DNA from: Ignavibacteriota bacterium
GTDB taxonomy: Bacteria; Bacteroidota; Ignavibacteria; UBA10030
DNA length: 64,000 nt
Assembly: GCA_963701295.1 (NCBI GenBank)
Contig: OY969585.1
Location: 160,001 to 224,000 of the forward strand
Direction: 5' to 3'
The position numbers and the translations under genes are program-made. The notes beneath the pieces were generated by a model that saw only the letters and a list, made by a program, of their open reading frames with translations, made no database searches and was not told the DNA's origin. Position 1 is the stretch's first letter. The number at the start of each line of letters is the position of its first letter. Below are positions 60,847 to 64,000 of the stretch, piece after piece.

Positions 60847-61758
60847 ATGAAACTATCTCTCCTCAATAAAATTCTTATTGCTCTTGGTGTTATTACCGCA
60901 GCGTCATTGCTTTTTGTGTGGATGGTCATGCGCCCAAAGTATGAAGCAACAGTTCTCGCCGAACGGTTCACCGTCATCCAGCAATTGCAGAAATCCTCCA
61001 TGGACGATCTTGATTATACTATCGAAGGTTGGTCTCATGTCCCGCGATTCATTATATCCCAAGTAACCGAGAAGCCGAACGAAGGAGAAACCATTCTCCG
61101 TATGATGATGACGCTTCACCCCGAAATTATTCAAATGAGAATCCATTCATCCGGACCTTCTGATGAACTCAGGAGCCAGAACACTTCTTATCCTTCGTTC
61201 AATGTGCAATTCTCAGACAGCGTTTGGGTGCGTGCAAAAGTGGACAGCACTCTTCACATTGCGTGGCTCAACCGGACAGAATTGCCGACGCAAATATTTG
61301 CTATGCAAACGGAGTTTCAAGTTCGCCAGATTCCCTTTGTACTGACGGTTATGTGGGATGCAAAACGACTCAATGATATTCTTGCGGGACTTCCCTTTGA
61401 CAAAGATTATTCCGTAAGCATTCACAGTTCATCAGGCGTCATCATGCAGAACGCTTCGTCCTTAAAATTTGATAGAGTTCATGCCTCGATAGACACGTTG
61501 AGCACTGTCCAAATCGTTCATGAAGGATCTCGTTCTTGGCGTATTCTTACGAGCGCCTTCCATTCTGCACAGCTTTGGATGGTTGTAGCCATCCCTGAAG
61601 AAATTTTTACAAAACCCGTGGAATATTTCTTGCTCTACTCCGCAGCATTGATCGTCGGACTAATGTTTCTTATGGCGATCCTCGGATGGCTGTTATCGCA
61701 CCAGATAAAACGATTCATAGAAAAGATGAAAACATGTGCCAACCCTGCCAGAGAGTAG
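60847..61758 (+). CDS. Membrane protein with a periplasmic Cache-like sensor region and no cytoplasmic output domain
   Basis: TM - ~235 aa - TM topology; ..LWMVVAIPE.. typical of the end of a dCache domain; only ~20 aa follow TM2. Confidence 0.6.
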   Translation: MKLSLLNKILIALGVITAASLLFVWMVMRPKYEATVLAERFTVIQQLQKSSMDDLDYTIEGWSHVPRFIISQVTEKPNEGETILRMMMTLHPEIIQMRIHSSGPSDELRSQNTSYPSFNVQFSDSVWVRAKVDSTLHIAWLNRTELPTQIFAMQTEFQVRQIPFVLTVMWDAKRLNDILAGLPFDKDYSVSIHSSSGVIMQNASSLKFDRVHASIDTLSTVQIVHEGSRSWRILTSAFHSAQLWMVVAIPEEIFTKPVEYFLLYSAALIVGLMFLMAILGWLLSHQIKRFIEKMKTCANPARE

Positions 61759-61886
61759 TGAAATCTCCCAAACACATCCACCCTAACGACGAATGGACAC
61801 TTGTAAAAAAAGCGCATGCATGGGATGATCGTGCATTCACACAGCGTGTGAAGCAGTACGAGAATCTTGTCTCGAGAGGCGCTTAG
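61758..61886 (+). pseudogene. N-terminal remnant of an ECF sigma factor
   Basis: [29 protein letters not shown] resembles the RpoE start (D..LV.....GD..AF..LV..Y); truncated after ~42 codons. Confidence 0.5.
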
Positions 61887-61891
61887 ACTTT

Positions 61892-63541
61892 ATGAAAAAT
61901 CTAAGCCTTCAACAAAAAATCGTTTATCCTATTCTTGGAGCATTCGCGCTCGTCACCGGCATTGGTTCTTGGTACTTTGTATCGGCACAAATCGATGAAA
62001 CCGAGTCGTGGTATCGTGAAGAACTCCGCACCTTGGCAATAGCATCGGGATATATGCCGCATGCAACGGCGGATGAATTTATGCAGACAAAAGGGCTGCG
62101 ATTTCACCGCATTTTATTATCGGGAAACTCCGGTGCAAACGGAAAGAATGAACTCGAAACGAGAGCTGCAGCGGCATTCAACAAAGATCCGAACCTCGAA
62201 CTCTTTGCCGAAGAAGTATCCATGAACGACACTGTGTTCATGGCAGTTTTTACACCGACAACCATAAAACCCGAATGCGTGACGTGTCATGCTGATTTCG
62301 ATATTCAAGGATCCTTCGATCGTCAGGAAAGGAAAGTTATAGCATTATTCGGGTCTTCCGGATCGATGGCAGAAATTCATGCCAGAGAAACGAGAACCAA
62401 AATTATTATATTCACCATTACCCTCCTTGTCATTGCCGGCCTGGGATGGATCGTCCATCGTTCTATGAAAGTGATTCTTTTAGAACCGATGCGCGAGTTG
62501 AAACTCCAAACCGAAGTTGTTGCCAACTGCGACCTCCGAGCAGTAACAACACCGGCTCTGGAACGCAAATTGACCTCTGACGATGAAATGGGCCATGTGA
62601 CCCGTTCATTTGCAACCATGATCCACATGCTGCGGACAACCATACGGCATATGCATGATGCATCGAATGAAGTTGCAGAAGCATCGACACAGATCAGTTC
62701 GAGTATAGAAGAAATCGCAGCCGGTTCGCAAGAACAAATGAGCCAAGCACATGAAGTTACCAAAGCAATAGAAGACATGACACGAACGATCATGGAGAAC
62801 AGCAGGAGTGCAAACGAAACAGCAGAGACCGCACGGAAAGCCCGCCTGACGGCGGAAGCAGGGGGAATCATTGTTTCGGCAACTGCGGAGGGCATGAAAC
62901 GGATCGCACAAGCAACGAGCAAGAGTTCGGAGATAGCACAGGCATTAGAGCGGTCAAGCAAACAAATTGGAGAGATCGTGAAGCTCATCAATGATATCGC
63001 AGACCAAACAAGCCTCCTTGCCCTGAATGCAGCAACGGAGGCAGCGCGGGCAGGAGAACAAGGAAGAGGATTTAGCATTGTGGCTGATGAAGTCCGCAAA
63101 TTGTCGGAGCGGACAATGAAAGCCACAAAAGAGATTGAGGTGATGATCAAAAATATCCAGCGAGAAACCGGGCGGGCAGTTGCATCGATGGATGAAGGAA
63201 CATCGGAGGTAAAAGAAGGAATGAAATTAGCGGATCAAGCCGGACAATCATTGCGGGAAATCGTAAAGATCTCACAAAAAGTAACAGATATGATAACACA
63301 GATTGCAGTATCGAGCGAACAGCAGTCTGCCACAAGTGAGCAAATCTCTCAAAACGTGGAGGTTATTCATTCTGTGTCGAAACAAATGGCCGATAACACA
63401 AGAGAAGTTGCCTCTGCTTCCGAAGGGCTTAAGCATCTCACCGAACAACTACAGGAGACGGTCAATCAATTCAAACTTGATGAGGATGAGCAGAATAGAG
63501 ATACACGGAATGTTGGGATTGTTCGGAAGCAGCGCCTGTGA
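61892..63541 (+). CDS. Methyl-accepting chemotaxis protein with a periplasmic c-type heme motif
   Basis: TM - periplasmic CVTCH - TM - HAMP (DEMG) - [36 protein letters not shown]. Confidence 0.92.
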   Translation: MKNLSLQQKIVYPILGAFALVTGIGSWYFVSAQIDETESWYREELRTLAIASGYMPHATADEFMQTKGLRFHRILLSGNSGANGKNELETRAAAAFNKDPNLELFAEEVSMNDTVFMAVFTPTTIKPECVTCHADFDIQGSFDRQERKVIALFGSSGSMAEIHARETRTKIIIFTITLLVIAGLGWIVHRSMKVILLEPMRELKLQTEVVANCDLRAVTTPALERKLTSDDEMGHVTRSFATMIHMLRTTIRHMHDASNEVAEASTQISSSIEEIAAGSQEQMSQAHEVTKAIEDMTRTIMENSRSANETAETARKARLTAEAGGIIVSATAEGMKRIAQATSKSSEIAQALERSSKQIGEIVKLINDIADQTSLLALNAATEAARAGEQGRGFSIVADEVRKLSERTMKATKEIEVMIKNIQRETGRAVASMDEGTSEVKEGMKLADQAGQSLREIVKISQKVTDMITQIAVSSEQQSATSEQISQNVEVIHSVSKQMADNTREVASASEGLKHLTEQLQETVNQFKLDEDEQNRDTRNVGIVRKQRL

Positions 63542-63563
63542 TTTTTTTCGTATTTAGGATGTC

Positions 63564-63855
63564 GTTCTTTCTTTTATCTTGACATCCCGATATCCATCGG
63601 GACAGACGCCAGGAAAGAACCAAAGAAAAAGTCAAGAGTGAAGAAAAATATGGAGTCGGAGACATAATATAGATACACGCTATAGCGTGCAACAACTTTA
63701 GGCCTCCGGCTGGCTTGCGTCATTGACCAGAAAAAACTCGTTCGCTGAAGCGAACTCAGACAATTTTCTGGTCGGGCATTTTGTTCGCTTTGTTTTTACC
63801 TCCATATTTTTCTAAGGTCGATAAAAAGAAAATAAATGTGCTGTCGATTTCGCGG
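63564..63855. repeat. Structured dispersed repeat, copy 2, carrying an extra TCCCGAT/ATCGGGA hairpin insertion
   Basis: Direct repeat of 60296-60556. Confidence 0.85.
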
Positions 63856-63877
63856 CCGCGGATAAAAGAAGAGTATA

Positions 63878-63902
63878 TCATTCCCGCGATCGCGGGAATC
63901 TA
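63878..63902. repeat. GTCATTCCCG-type REP half element
   Basis: Perfect palindrome ATTCCCGCGATCGCGGGAAT. Confidence 0.7.
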
Positions 63903-64000
63903 ATGGACATTATTCCCTTGCGTTTTAGTGATGCAATTGATAGATTACGAGCGCGCATAAAAAAGATACAGCGGCGAAGTATTTGAAGAAAGTGGGGAAT

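Noticed and set aside
62377-63150. 257-aa minus-strand ORF
   Set aside because: Antisense to the MCP signalling domain, with low-complexity mirror composition.
1-64000. rRNA, tRNA, prophage, integrase or defence systems
   Set aside because: No such signatures were recognised by eye; smc is the housekeeping type with no jet/mks partner genes nearby.

Overview
A 64-kb bacterial chromosomal segment, most likely from an Ignavibacteria-like member of the FCB group. The evidence is T9SS-type C-terminal domains (NYPNPFNP, PNPFSPDGDG), a PorT-like barrel, TonB receptors and sigma70-type TTG(A/C)-N17-TATATT promoters. Left to right it contains: the 5' end of an hldE/rfaE kinase; an accessory, cassette-like run of small + strand genes (0.8-7.2 kb); a TPP-riboswitch operon (two TonB receptors, thiamine pyrophosphokinase, Na+/solute symporter); a secreted lamin-tail protein; a peptide-use cluster (pepT, OPT, M49-like peptidase); a DEAD-box helicase; and a glycosylase/lipoprotein duplication scar. 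A long minus-strand housekeeping block follows (in transcription order: GH2-like membrane protein, smc, HAD phosphatase, ICMT-like methyltransferase, lpxB, lpxK, ppdK, queA, ispD, plsY, gpsA, a second plsY, htrA, purB, aldehyde dehydrogenase, lat, nadE, rsmI). The window ends with glgP and a sensor/heme-c chemoreceptor pair bracketed by two copies of a ~270-nt structured repeat. The best candidates for something undescribed are a GH2 protein that has lost both catalytic glutamates, is fused to a multi-pass membrane domain and is coupled to smc; an LmtA-like methyltransferase plus HAD phosphatase inside the lipid A operon; and the pseudoknotted repeat element. No rRNA, tRNA, CRISPR array, integrase or intact transposase was seen. 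All calls come from reading the sequence by eye, without database searches.
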